Assembly: GCA_025201805.1 (NCBI GenBank)
Contig: MU619306.1
Location: forward strand, 16,772-78,255
Source: Parasitella parasitica NRRL 2501
Lineage: Eukaryota; Fungi; Mucoromycota
Reading direction: 5' to 3'
Length of the DNA: 61,484 bases
Positions 40,734 to 52,563 of the stretch are shown one piece after another. Position 1 is the stretch's first letter. The number at the start of each line of letters is the position of its first letter. The notes below the pieces were generated by a model, which searched no databases, was not told where the DNA came from, and worked only from the letters and a program-made list of their open reading frames with translations. A program made the translations under genes and the position numbers.

Positions 40734-43700
40734 CTAATTGAGGTTTGTTACATGTTCGCTCAGCATTTCGTACTTTGTAACCAACTCCTTCCACTGCTGC
40801 TGCATTTCATCTTCAAAGCCATTGAGAGACTTGAACATTGATTCTAGATTTTCTCGGTTTGAGGCCATGTTGTCAGTTGGTGGCGTTGGCACAGGAGTTG
40901 GCGCGGCTGAAACTTGTTTATCCTACAAGTTTTAAATAAAGCATTGAGTTTCGGAAACACAAAAGTCGTATTATATTTTAGCTACCTTTACATCTAGTGT
41001 CATGTAATCAACTCCAACTTCTTCACCAAAGTCATCGTCTGTAATCATGCTAAAGGAGCTTCGTGCACTTGAATCGCTATTCAAAGACGAGATTGTATTG
41101 GAGACAACTGTCTTTGCAGGCTTCTCGAATTGATGGTATCGCTGTTTTTGGTCCCTATGATTATTATTGTTTATGCTCTAATTATGGGAAGTACAAGTTA
41201 ATAATCTATGCATGCATGGTGTGATATCGATAACTTACGGTTTCTTTGCTGTCACGCTCATCAGTAATGTCACTTTCATCGAATTGATCGTCTATGCCAG
41301 ATGTTGGTATGCCATAAGAGGAAGACCATAAGGAAGAGGCTAATGTGGTGACTGAAGAGAGTTGACTATGGTTCTCATTTCTATAGTATCCTTGGCTACC
41401 GCTCCAAGAATGGTGCACGGATAGGCGTGACATAGATGATGATTGATGCTGCAGTTGATAAGATGCGGATCTCGATTTCTTAACTATACTAGAAGGCGAT
41501 ACAGATCTTGATGCATTGCTGTTGAACAGCTTTCCAAGAGAGGGTATACTCGATGTTCTTGGCATAGTTTTGCTTCTTGAGCGAGTTAAATGATGGCTTG
41601 ATTGTTGCGGTGATTGTCCTTGTAAGCTCTGCTGAAGCTTAAGAATAACTTGTGCTGAATACTCGGTCGAATTCTTTAAGCATTGATCGAGATAAAGCAC
41701 TAGAGCAAAAGTTAACCGACGAAAACGTAGCATAGATGCAGTTCCTGACTTACTGTTATTCCAAAAGATACTCTCGAAATCAATAGTCTTTTCACTGGAT
41801 TTCTTGTATTGTTGCGCCATCAAAAGGTTAGCTTTAGCACATATATTAAACCTGAATCCCTTCATGTCCTCTGGCTGTATGAGGCCAACAATCCAAGGAT
41901 TGTACAACGCGTTGCGAGATGCGAACAGATGGTCTATGTTTGTGTCGTTGTCATCGACATAGATGATGGTGCTATCATTTTTGTACTTTGCCCTGATATA
42001 ACTGTCTTGATCATAGACGTTGCAATAGCTCGGTATTCCTCTCCACATCTTGTAGTATGCCTTATCGGTTGCTGGCTCATATCGCTTCATCAATGCTCTT
42101 GTTTTTTGGTATACTCCACGGAATGCAGTCAATTTATTCATGCAGTCGGCTCTTTTTGGCTTCGAGAGTAATGCTTCTTCGCGAGCAGGCAGAATAGAGT
42201 ATAAACGAGGTCCTTTAAAAAAGTACTTTTCAAAGGAGGTGATATTCGAGACGTGGTCAGCCGAGGATTCAGGTGCAGTGGTCGCAGATAAGACAAAGGA
42301 ACCAGGGCGCTCTAAAATACCGCAACAAAGAGTCAATCAAATGCATTCCACCAAGGCGCATGTGTGCTAATTACCTGTTACACCTTCAAACATTTCAATA
42401 CTCTCAATATCAGCCCAACCCTTGAATTTGAGGTGTGGTTTTTCTGGTTTGTAGTAGTTATTGCTTCGCAGTAAGGAAGCGCTCGAGGAGTTTGTGGGAC
42501 AGATGCCATTGGAATTATCCAGTAGTTGCTGAAGGTCAATTTCTTTAGAGTCAATCGAAGACCTGCTTGCCACCAAAATCTTGTCTGTGAAGAGGAAAAT
42601 GGATACAGCCCTCGTCGGTTTATTTGTCACACGATGGATCTCAATGGCGTCAATATGTGCAATGAGTGATCGTTTCTGATTAATCAGCGAACACTAGGAA
42701 TAACATGTCAACAATATGATGGTGCGATGATAATGTCTTGAAACACTTACAGGAGAATCTTTGATTGCTTGGTATAGGTTCAAAAACATGGTTGCTGTTT
42801 TTGTTGGGTCATCATCGGCCATCGTGGCAATCTCGCTGGCTTTTTCACAAGCTACAAACAACCCGACATAGTCAACATGGTTTTTTGGGGTCAATTGGAG
42901 GATATCGCGCAACATCATTGAATATCTACTGATGCGTTGAACTGGTTCAACGAGTATGTCCTGCAATCTCTTTCTTTTAAAGTCGGCATGATCTTTTACT
43001 TTCGACAGAAACCGCTTGTAGCTCTGGTTTGCCTTATATTCCTTTGCATGCAGTTTTTGTGCCTCAGACTGCTCCAAAAGGTACTTTCTGTAACACTCGA
43101 ATTTAATTATCTATAAAAGTGTGATTAGCGGATAATGAGATCATTTTCATTTAGTGTCGTTCTTACATGTTTTTGACACATTTCCCCAAAATTGTTGTTT
43201 GCGGATGCCAAGTCTTCCAAAAAGTCGCTGTTCACCTTCATAATTTGCTCAATGTTGAGGAATATTTTCTGGCACTTGAACGTGTTTAATATGCTGTTTT
43301 TTTGCTGCATTGTGGCTCTCAACGGCTTTACTACATGATTTACAATCGTTCTCAAAGTGTCAACATAAGATTTTTCGGTTTTAATGAATTCCTGGATACG
43401 GAACTGCCTCTTTTCGTCATTCATTTCAACCTAGCTTGTTTGTGAGAACGCTGCATGCATCAATCACATAATTGTGTTTGTACCTCTTTAAAAGCTGCAT
43501 TCTGTATACTGGATTGAGCGTTATGTGGGGAAGATCCGTGGAAACACGATGCCTGCTCGTGTATCTCGGTTCCAATTATGTTTAAGAACTGTTCCAATTG
43601 AATCTGCTGGCTTGTCGTTCTATTTCTCGAGGGTATAATCAAGTCTATATTTTGGCACTACACAAGTAAATTAGAACCGATGTAGAGTAAAATACAAGCT

Positions 43701-43880
43701 CGACTTTACTAATGGTTTTGTTGTCTGCTTAGTTATCTTGTCGTGAAAATCCTCGTGGCTCGTTGATTCTATTTTACTGTTGGTGATGTCTTTTTGTTTA
43801 ATAAGTTTCCATTGGTGAGCATATCCATTTTTTTGCAGTTTGGTTTTGAGTTCCTGAAATGAGATTAGTATTCGACTCAT
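40734..43880 (-). CDS. Rho GEF (DH-PH) domain protein, multi-exon
   Basis: KRQFRIQEFIKTEKSYVDTL, IFLNIEQIMKVN, LQDILVEPVQRISRYSMML, SIFLFTDKILVA (PH); stop at 40734-40736. Confidence 0.88.
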
Positions 43881-44733
43881 TTGAAAATCAGAAATGTATT
43901 ACCTTTAAGTTGCTCATGATTTTGTATGTACAGAAACAGAAAAGAGGGGGAGAGAACAGAGAGAAACAGAGAGAAACAGAGAGAGAGAGAAGTGTTGGCT
44001 TATTTATTATGCTTTTTTTATTATTTTTTTGTTATTGTTTTACTCTCCTAAAACAGTGGTTCGTACAACTGAAAGCGAAAAAAATTACAATTAAACCATT
44101 TCACTTAGAATATTTTTAGGTTTTTTTTTATTTGATTGTCTGTGGGATTTGATTATTACTTGGGCATGGCTTCATTGTTTGCTAATATATTGCACCCCTC
44201 AATTAAAATAATTGCACTCACAACAATCCAACACGTGCAAAGTGTATTTTTGTTGGAAACTTCTTTTTTCTTTCGCATGAAAATCAGGACAAAATGAATG
44301 GCTTTTTATTTATGTATTCACACTTGAGCACAAACTCATGAAATAGATAGCATTCTGACAAGAGTGAATTATCTAACACCATGTTGGTGACACAAGTTTT
44401 GCATACAACGACTCCGCGTTCTCAACATGCCAAGTGGGATCATTGTTTATTTGCGCCATAACATGATCCGATGTTGTTCCCAAGCAATATTTACAACTGT
44501 TTTATAGAATTCTTGTCAGGGTTTTTTCAAAAAGGCAGAACGCCAAAATCACATTGTAAGGTTCCCCTATGATGTAAGATTTACTATTGTGTTTTTTATC
44601 TGACAAAAACAGAAGGCTGCATCATTCGATACCTAGTGTCAAATGTGTCAAATGTAAAGCTTAGAAATTAAATAGAAGAAAAGTATCACCAAATGATAAA
44701 AGTTAAGGTGAATGGGTATATTTATATACATAT

Positions 44734-45108
44734 TTAAAAGTTGGATCGGTAGCTAACTAGAACAGCAATGCTATAATGGCCTTGTTTTTTGTTTGCTCTT
44801 GTATTTCGCATGACTTCTTCACTGAATTGTATAGTGTCTTCGCCATCTTCTTGTTCTTTTCTTGGAATAGCTTGATCTATATTTTGATGTAAACTATCTC
44901 CTTCATGGTATGGATCGGTTGATACAGATGAACGTCTATCATATTCCTCGCTGCTATACGTTTCATGTATCGTAGCTTTATTACAAGAGGAAAATCTCAC
45001 AGATTTTCCTATAGCCGATTCACTACTAAGCGTACTACTACTGCTTTTTCTTCGATTATTTAGCTTAGATTTTGCTGACTGGTAAAACTTGGAAAAAGAT
45101 GAAGGCAT
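44734..45108 (-). CDS. Small protein with PP1-docking motif (Bni4/neurabin-like)
   Basis: KSVRF followed by IHETYSSEEYDRR. Confidence 0.55.
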   Translation of the reverse strand: MPSSFSKFYQSAKSKLNNRRKSSSSTLSSESAIGKSVRFSSCNKATIHETYSSEEYDRRSSVSTDPYHEGDSLHQNIDQAIPRKEQEDGEDTIQFSEEVMRNTRANKKQGHYSIAVLVSYRSNF

Positions 45109-45723
45109 ATATATATGGTTCGCTGATACGGTGGGAGTGAAAAGAAAGTGAAATTGGCGAGTTATGTATGCGTGCACAGAAATCGATGGTCACAATAGTC
45201 AGCAAGTATTAACTGCATTAATGATTTGCTTCTTTTATAGATATCGAGGAAGAAGAGAAGCATAAATTGTTCATTTCTACCCAATCATGGATGTCAAGCT
45301 GAAATCTCTGCGCAGTCTGTTGTACGTAGATGCTAAGCAAAAAGAGCTGCGGTCAAATAAAAAAAAGCGAAGACAATGCTTACAAATCTTGGATATCCGG
45401 GATTAAAGCATGCCTTCAATTCGAATAAAAAGTCTAAATACGTACATAGGTAGCTCATACAATGCTAATATGACATGCCCATAGTCGCTCAACTCTTTTG
45501 CATTGAAAAGAGCAAATATGATAAGCTTTATTTATTAAATTAGCATTAAAAGTATATATGTAATTGAGTTTGTACATCGTAGCCCAGTTTAAGATTTTAG
45601 TTCACATTTACCATGTGTCGTGCTACAGTGAATTAGCTTGATCTGTAACAACGGCAGCGATAAAAAGTTTAAGAAGAGCGAAAGGAGCTTAGTTGAGGCA
45701 ACATTACCAATATCATGTATTTA

Positions 45724-45745
45724 GAGCATCTCCAACGGAGATGCT
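45724..45745 (+). repeat. Terminal inverted repeat (3' end relative to Fanzor); itself a 9-bp hairpin
   Basis: AGCATCTCC-AAC-GGAGATGCT perfect stem; matches 49357-49378. Confidence 0.92.
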
Positions 45746-45895
45746 AATTTTACAAAATTTCCAAAAGAAAATTGATCAGAGGGTGATACTCTCTTTTTTT
45801 TTTGGACAATTTTACTCACCTGTAATGGTGTATAGGATAAACCGAATACCCATGACGTATCAAAGAGTAATATCAATGATACATAATGCTTGCAA
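45724..45895 (-). ncRNA. Candidate Fanzor omegaRNA region
   Basis: Lies between the Fanzor stop and the element end; minus-strand stems GTATCA/TGATAC, GGGTA/TATCC, CACC-ATTACA-GGTG plus the terminal TIR hairpin; identity inferred from position. Confidence 0.5.
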
Positions 45896-48456
45896 TTATT
45901 CTTTTGATCCAGAACGCTGGAATGGTGAAAGACGAGCGTCATTGTTTCTTGCTGCATGTAAAAATATGTTCAGGATGTTTTTTGCAGCCATTATATCGCG
46001 ATTCCAAATAATATTACAAGCGGTTTCTTGACACTGTAATACAGAATGTACTCTTCGCTTTGCTGATCGTTGCACAACGTTTTCAACATTTCTTTTTTTG
46101 CAGTTGTTGCTGACTTGACTGGTGAGGTATTCGTCTACCATTTGGACTGTAACGCCACAATTTTCTTCGCATTTTTGAAGAGCTTTTATGATAGTCTTTG
46201 TGGGTCCAAGTCTTTTGCCTCTCATTGTAGGTAAAAATCTTCCATTTCCATAGGCAATGATGGTTTTATTTGCCTTTTCTCGTTGTTGTCTTCACATTGG
46301 TGAACGCACCCGTACAATATTTGATGCTATCATGAGGAAACATCTTGACTATTTCGCTGAAGGCTTTTTGCTTCTTTCTATAACATCTAAACTTTAATTT
46401 TGAAGACCTAGTCCATTTGGTTAACACATTTTTAAAATATGTACAAGAGTTTGCTACACTTACCAAAGGCCTCTGTTATAAAATTCATACATTGTATCGT
46501 AGGATTGTATATACGCTTTCTGCAAGCAATCAAGAATTTTGAAACTTCTCCGGTTTTTAATGAATCCAGTTCTGTTATCATTCTATGAGTGTTTGTGTGC
46601 TTCGCTTGATGAATCTTTCGAATGTGAGCTGCATCATTAAACCCACACAAGTGATAATACTCCTTTTGACCAAGTGATCCCACTCTACCAGCTTGGTCAA
46701 CTATAGTAAAAACCGTGCTAATTCCAGAGTCTACCGCCCACACTTGGCACCCATTGTCAATATCTGTTTTCAGGTCAGATGGCTTTACGGGAAGAGAACC
46801 TTTCTTCTTTTTTGCTGTAATTCTTGAGAAGAGAAAAGAAACTGAATAACCATCCGTGTAGATAACATTCCTACTATAACTTGATAAGTTCCAAGGCATT
46901 AGTAAATTAAAACTATTTGAACTTACTTAAAGATCTTCTTTCCATTGTAGAGCTTATCCCTGGTTTTAAATCCAATTTTAGAAAAATCAAAAAGTTTGTA
47001 ATAAAACGCAGACAGTTGCTCTTCATTTTTAGTTCCTGAAGTAGTATAACCATCAACAGAAACTCTGACCAGTCTCCAGAAAGCTTGTGCGTCAATCTGA
47101 ATTGATTTTCTTTGCGTTGAATACAATGGTAACAGAGAGAAAAAGCGATACCACGTTTATCGGTGTATTTTGTGGAGCAAAATGTTTCATCCTTTATCCT
47201 TGATTTCAAAGTGCTTACGAAAGTTGACACCATTGGTTTGTGTTCTTGAATACTTTGAAGCTTCTTTCCAAAAATGAGAGACTCGTTACTGTTAATCGAA
47301 CTCACAACCGCTTCTTTCAATGATTCAAATTTTCGTCTATTCAACGATGCCGCAAACTGTAGCTCCTTTAACTTTCGATGAACGTATGCTTTGGAAGCAA
47401 CGGTTTCGGCAATTTCCTCAGTTAGATGTACTTTTTTTTCAACTTCTTTCTGCAGGGAAAATAAAGTTTCGGGGTCGCAGTCTACTTCTTGATACTGACT
47501 CCATAGATCCTTAATCTTTTGAACGATTTTATCAAGTGCACCGGTTCTTTCTACGGAATTTGGCCATCTTGATTTTTCTTTAACCTTTGGCCATATATGT
47601 AATGAGCAAGTAATTTTCTCTGGCTAGCCGTTAAATTACGACAATAGAATTCTGAAATCCTGTGGGTGAGTGTTTCCAGAAAAAACGTATGCTTCTTCTT
47701 TCATGATTTTCACAAACATGATATCGGATAAGGGTTTCATACTGCTTGGCAGAAATGGAAAGAATAGTCGCATAACCAATAGACTTAAATGCTTTTAAAA
47801 TTCGCTCGTCAATCTCGCACGCATTTTGAACTCTTCAAAATATTGACGGATGAACTCAGGAGCCCTACTCCCATTACCTGCTAAGGTAGAAAATATAGCA
47901 TAAACAAAATCTTGACTAATGATTGGCGTATCTTCATTGGCATCTGCACATTTCAGAATGATAAAGTTTGCAAATATGAGCCTATATAGATAATTTTCAT
48001 AGCGTAATCCACCAAGTTGCCAATTGATTTCATGAATGTTGTATTTGTGCATGTGGTTTTAAGTGAAGACTTGATGGTGAAAGCTTCTGTCTTTTCGTCA
48101 TCATTGTGTTGAACCACCTTCTTTTCTTTTCGATGTGGACAGAGTTTACTGGTAGACCTTGCATGATCTGTCTGTTTACGTGAAGGACACAGCATTGGTT
48201 TGTTGGATTTGTTTTGCTTCTTGAACTCCTCTAAAGCAACTTTTTTGTCTTCTTTCTGTTGGACTTTCTTTGATAAAGTAGGAGTTTTGCTGGAAGAAGA
48301 ACCTATATCATTAAATAAGCTAGCAGTCTTTTCTATTGAGCTAGAAGCCTTTGATGTTGAACTCGAAATATCGTTGGTGGTGGGAATACCTGGTGTTGTC
48401 AAATCAGCCTCCTCTTCTTGGTGATTCAAATCTGCACCTAAAATATAGTAAGACAA
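45896..48456 (-). pseudogene. Fanzor1 (TnpB-like RNA-guided RuvC endonuclease), frameshifted
   Basis: RuvC-I VWAVDSG, IAYGNG, RuvC-II VDEYLTSQ, zinc finger (S)NNC...CQETAC, RuvC-III WNRDIMAAKNI; YTDGYSVSFLF and EYYHLCGF; N-terminal C...H-ARSTSKLCP knuckle; split across at least six frames. Confidence 0.9.
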
Positions 48457-49356
48457 ATATTCTTTTCGCGATGAATGTGTTAGATATTTACTTCTTATAG
48501 CTTTCTTTCTTTCCTGTCCGGTGAATTGTCTTTATGTTTACACTTCATATATGTGTGAGGAGTAAATTAAGCAAAGAAAAAGAAGAAATGAACTTACAAC
48601 ATTCAGTGATGTATTCTGCTGAATTTGATAAATTAGGCTCAATACAAAATCTCAAAGTGCATTACGATCAAAACAGTGGATACTCAAAAAAAAAAAAAGA
48701 GAGTATAGTGTATAAAGTTTAACTAACTATACGAACTTTATTAGCATTTTCTAAAATGGCCAGTATATTTCTGTTCTGAATGCTCATATTAATGTTAGAA
48801 GTGTGGGGTTTATAGTATGAGATATATAAGTGTGGATTGAATAAAGTAGTGAGCACCAGCTCCTGTTTTGAAAGTAGAATGACTTTGCATTACGAAGAAA
48901 AGATAAGAGCAAAAGAGTAAAAGAGAATACAATGGACTCAAGAACCAAGGGAGTAATTCAAAGAACTTCAGAAACAAAAAAGCAAGGTAACAGTAAGCAA
49001 GCAGGGACGATTACACCAGTGAAAGATTTATAAGTAAAATAAAAGCCAAAGTTGAAGGTAATAAATAACTAATGATTTTATTTGAATTTAAAATAATTGA
49101 GGATGAGGATATTTATACTAGTTTCGAATAAAGTTATTTTTGATAGAGAAAGCTTAAATCTTGAAATTAGGTATTATGCAAGAAAAAAAGTGTGGAGAAA
49201 CTTAATAATGTCATATGAACTGACAGTGATCTATTGATTTTGCGTTATTTGAACTCAATAAATGTTTATCGTCTCAAATTAGCACTTCCAAAAAAGCAGA
49301 CAAAAATTTTTCGGGTTATTAAAAAAAAAGCGGGTGCTTTAAATGGCTTTTTGTTC

Positions 49357-49378
49357 AGCGTCTCCGTTGGAGATGCTC
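49357..49378 (-). repeat. Terminal inverted repeat (5' end relative to Fanzor)
   Basis: AGCGTCTCCGTTGGAGATGCTC followed by TTA. Confidence 0.92.
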
Positions 49379-50341
49379 TTAATTTTTTTTTTATACATAC
49401 AGGTTGGTCTTAACACACAATTTTTTATATTTTAAGAAACCATAGTAACTAATCAAAATAATCTGCATACCGTTTCCATGACAACGATCAATTAACCCGA
49501 AATTGTGGCATATTGGATCTTCTTTTTTGCGGGGTAAGACTTTAGACGAACTGGTAGACCATGATGGCACACCAGATCAAGAATTCAACCTAGATTAAAA
49601 TTAAGCTTTTTTGCGAACGTAAGCCATAGCGTGCTCTTTTAAAACCCTCAAATAAATACTGCAGTTCAAATACCATTTACATGTCATTATATGTCTTTAT
49701 ACAGTCTATAGTATGAATTGTTGTTATTATTTTATGGTTACATACGTATTCCTTTTTTTAATCTCCAAAAAGAAATTTTAAAGAATAACCAAAATGAGTT
49801 TTGGTAAGTCGGTTACCTGAATATGGTAATTTGGGATGAATGGATCGGGTGAAAAAAAGAAAGGGGAACCTTATTAATCTTTCTTGTATACATGAAACTC
49901 ATTTTTTGAGCTACCGGTCAGGCACTATATACTACTCGTATGAAAAACCATACAGTCTCTACCTATTATGTTGTAATAGAAATAAAATGGGCTTACTAAG
50001 ACTAGACAGAAAGTAGTTTGTCTTTTTTTATTTTTATTATTTGCCATCTACAGAAGTTCTCTTTAAACAGTGAATAATTCATTTCAAATCAATTGATTTA
50101 GCTGAAATAAACCAGATGCCAACAGCTTGTTATTTCCTTATAACATCATGTGAATCATAATATCCCGAAAATAAAACAACCCTTTTTTGCTATACATACA
50201 AGATAAATAGACTTCTGTGTTACAAGATGTGTTGTGTTTCCATGTTTTTATTTTAAAAGAAAAGACAAAAAAAACTTGATTTTCATCTTTCTTTCCTCTT
50301 TTTTTCTCTCTCTGGCTTTTCCATTTTGCTTAAACATATCA

Positions 50342-51454
50342 ATGTATTATTCAAACCCTATTTCTTACGAACTGTTTCCGCAATTGGATGCGATTCAGCC
50401 AGGTCCAAGTGATTGCTTTTCTACCGGCGCTAGGATGGACTCTAACAATCAATCATTTTACGATTCTTCATTTTACTACTGTGCTGGTCAAGACGTTGCT
50501 ACCTCATCTTGTTCCTCTACTGTTCCTGTGGTATCTACCAGTAGTATATTGGACTGTAGTGACGTTTTATTCCCTTCATCGTCAGCGTATAATCAACAAC
50601 ACAATATCAATCATACTTTAGCGACATCTTATCAATTAATGCAATCTTCCCTTTCTCCGTGTTACACATCAAACAGTGAATCTCCTTTATCGATTGAATC
50701 AGATAACTTTACTCAACAACAACAACAGCAACAACAGCAGCAGCAACAGCAGCAGCAACATCAACAAGATCAGTTTAACCAATTTTGTGTTTATGAATCC
50801 TCAATAGATTTAAATGCCATGACTCCACCTTCCGGGGTATACGATATAGCTACACAATCAAGTGCCAATGGATTCCCGACGGTTCCTGCCATGTCTTCCT
50901 CCACAGCATCACTTCCAATTGACCAAAATCACCACCATCACCAACATCACCACCAGCGTACTCTTTCGTCTTCTTCTACATCTTCTTCAGCTTCTTCTAT
51001 GTCTTCTCCTGCTTCCTTTTTCTCATCTGGTTCTTCCTTCCATGACGAACATATTCATCATAGCTCAGTGCGTACCGGGTCTCTTTTCCATTGCGAATAC
51101 AAAGGATGTACGAAGACATTTACTCGTACATATAATCTCAAATCGCACCGAAGAACCCATACAGACGAAAAGCCATTCGTCTGCGATATGTGTCCCAAGG
51201 CCTTCGCTAGGCAACATGATCGCAACCGTCATGCCAAGCTTCATCTCGGGTTAAAACCTTTCCCCTGCTCTTTCTGTGATAAATCTTTTGCCAGACAAGA
51301 TGCGTTGAATCGACACTTGAAAAGAGACAAGAAAAAGAACACAGTCCAGATAACCAAACAGGAAGAAATCTCAATCGCCCCACCTCCATGCCTACTGTTG
51401 AAAATCAAACAAAAACAAAAGGCAAACCTCAAAAAGAAGAAGCAGCTTCAGTAG
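50342..51454 (+). CDS. C2H2 zinc-finger transcription factor (Crz1-like fingers)
   Basis: FTRTYNLKSHRRTHTDEKPFVC...FARQHDRNRH...FARQDALNRH; polyQ, polyH and Ser-rich N-terminal region. Confidence 0.9.
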   Translation: MYYSNPISYELFPQLDAIQPGPSDCFSTGARMDSNNQSFYDSSFYYCAGQDVATSSCSSTVPVVSTSSILDCSDVLFPSSSAYNQQHNINHTLATSYQLMQSSLSPCYTSNSESPLSIESDNFTQQQQQQQQQQQQQQQHQQDQFNQFCVYESSIDLNAMTPPSGVYDIATQSSANGFPTVPAMSSSTASLPIDQNHHHHQHHHQRTLSSSSTSSSASSMSSPASFFSSGSSFHDEHIHHSSVRTGSLFHCEYKGCTKTFTRTYNLKSHRRTHTDEKPFVCDMCPKAFARQHDRNRHAKLHLGLKPFPCSFCDKSFARQDALNRHLKRDKKKNTVQITKQEEISIAPPPCLLLKIKQKQKANLKKKKQLQ

Positions 51455-52563
51455 GATATCACATCAGTTGTTTGTCCGGTACAAATATAATATACTATGC
51501 TTTTATGCCTCTTTTTCTTTTTTCATTTTCTATTACTTTCTTTATAACCCCTTTATTCCCCCCAACCATGGTTTTTACCACTGCTGCTATCCGCCGCTTT
51601 TTTATGCAATAATATTGTAGTTTTCATTCCAAAACCAACAATCTTAATTAGAACTTGCTCATTTTCACATATTTAATAAAACCCAATACATAATAAACCT
51701 TTTGAAATAAAACTTTATTGTTGTCAGGTTTAGACACTGTGACTAAAAATGTCATTTTTGCTCAATATCGTATGATAATTGTGGCCATCCGTACGTTGTT
51801 TACAGCATGATATAGTGTACACAATTCGTACCGACTCAAGGGAAACTGTTCTTTTTTGTGCCACATACACGCGTAATCTTATGTGCAAGAAAAACTTTCA
51901 ATTGGATCTGTTACAAAAAGCAAGCGTTTTTTGTTTTACACACGAGCACAAATTCCTATAAACACGAGAAGAAATGGCGTTTTTCCTGTGTCTGCAGGCT
52001 GCCTATATGTTTAAAAAGGAAATGTACAGTAATGTCCTATTGGTCGTTATAGATGCTCCAACATGGACATTGATATGATATACACATCGTTGGGTCACAC
52101 TAAAAATCTGTTTCTTTCCCGTATAAAATCTTGCTAGAAATCAATATTTTGCAGTCGAAAACAAATAAGGGTGCGCGCAAATACGACACATGTATCACAT
52201 AGAGAGGAACATATTCACAGTAAAACTAATGGTCCTATCACCCTTATTATTACGTACGCGAGAACAAATTCCCTTGCTAAACAGACTCAAGTCGTCCAAC
52301 CTTTAATTCCATTGCTCCTCTCTGTTTTGCCCTTTTGCAATGTACACGAAATGAGTAAATATGCACAGCGTCTTTGATTGAAAGAACACACGCATTAACT
52401 TGTTATGCGTCATGGAATCCCAACCAATTGAAAAATCAGGTACAAAAGGGTAAACTTTTTCTCAATGAATTTATAGTGTATATATAAACCCTTTTTCTTT
52501 AGGTATAGGCACACATTTAAAAGACAACAGGAACTTTTGTACACACATACACATTGATAGTAC

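Larger units (their letters stand above)
45724..49378 (-). mobile_element. Non-autonomous PIF/Harbinger-type DNA transposon carrying a Fanzor1 gene
   Basis: 22-bp TIRs GAGCATCTCCAACGGAGATGCT (45724-45745) and reverse complement of 49357-49378 (GAGCATCTCCAACGGAGACGCT), 1 mismatch; TTA direct repeat at 45721-45723 and 49379-49381. Confidence 0.9.

Noticed and set aside
45896-48456. Reading the Fanzor frame breaks as introns or programmed frameshifts
   Set aside because: At least the breaks examined (for example IGS/IFANF near 47975) are small indels with continuous protein similarity and no room for an intron; missense changes at conserved sites also point to decay
48685-48706. A-run plus GAGAGTAT inverted match to 45786-45804 (possible self-target or internal inverted repeat)
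   Set aside because: Mostly homopolymer with only 8 informative bases; likely chance
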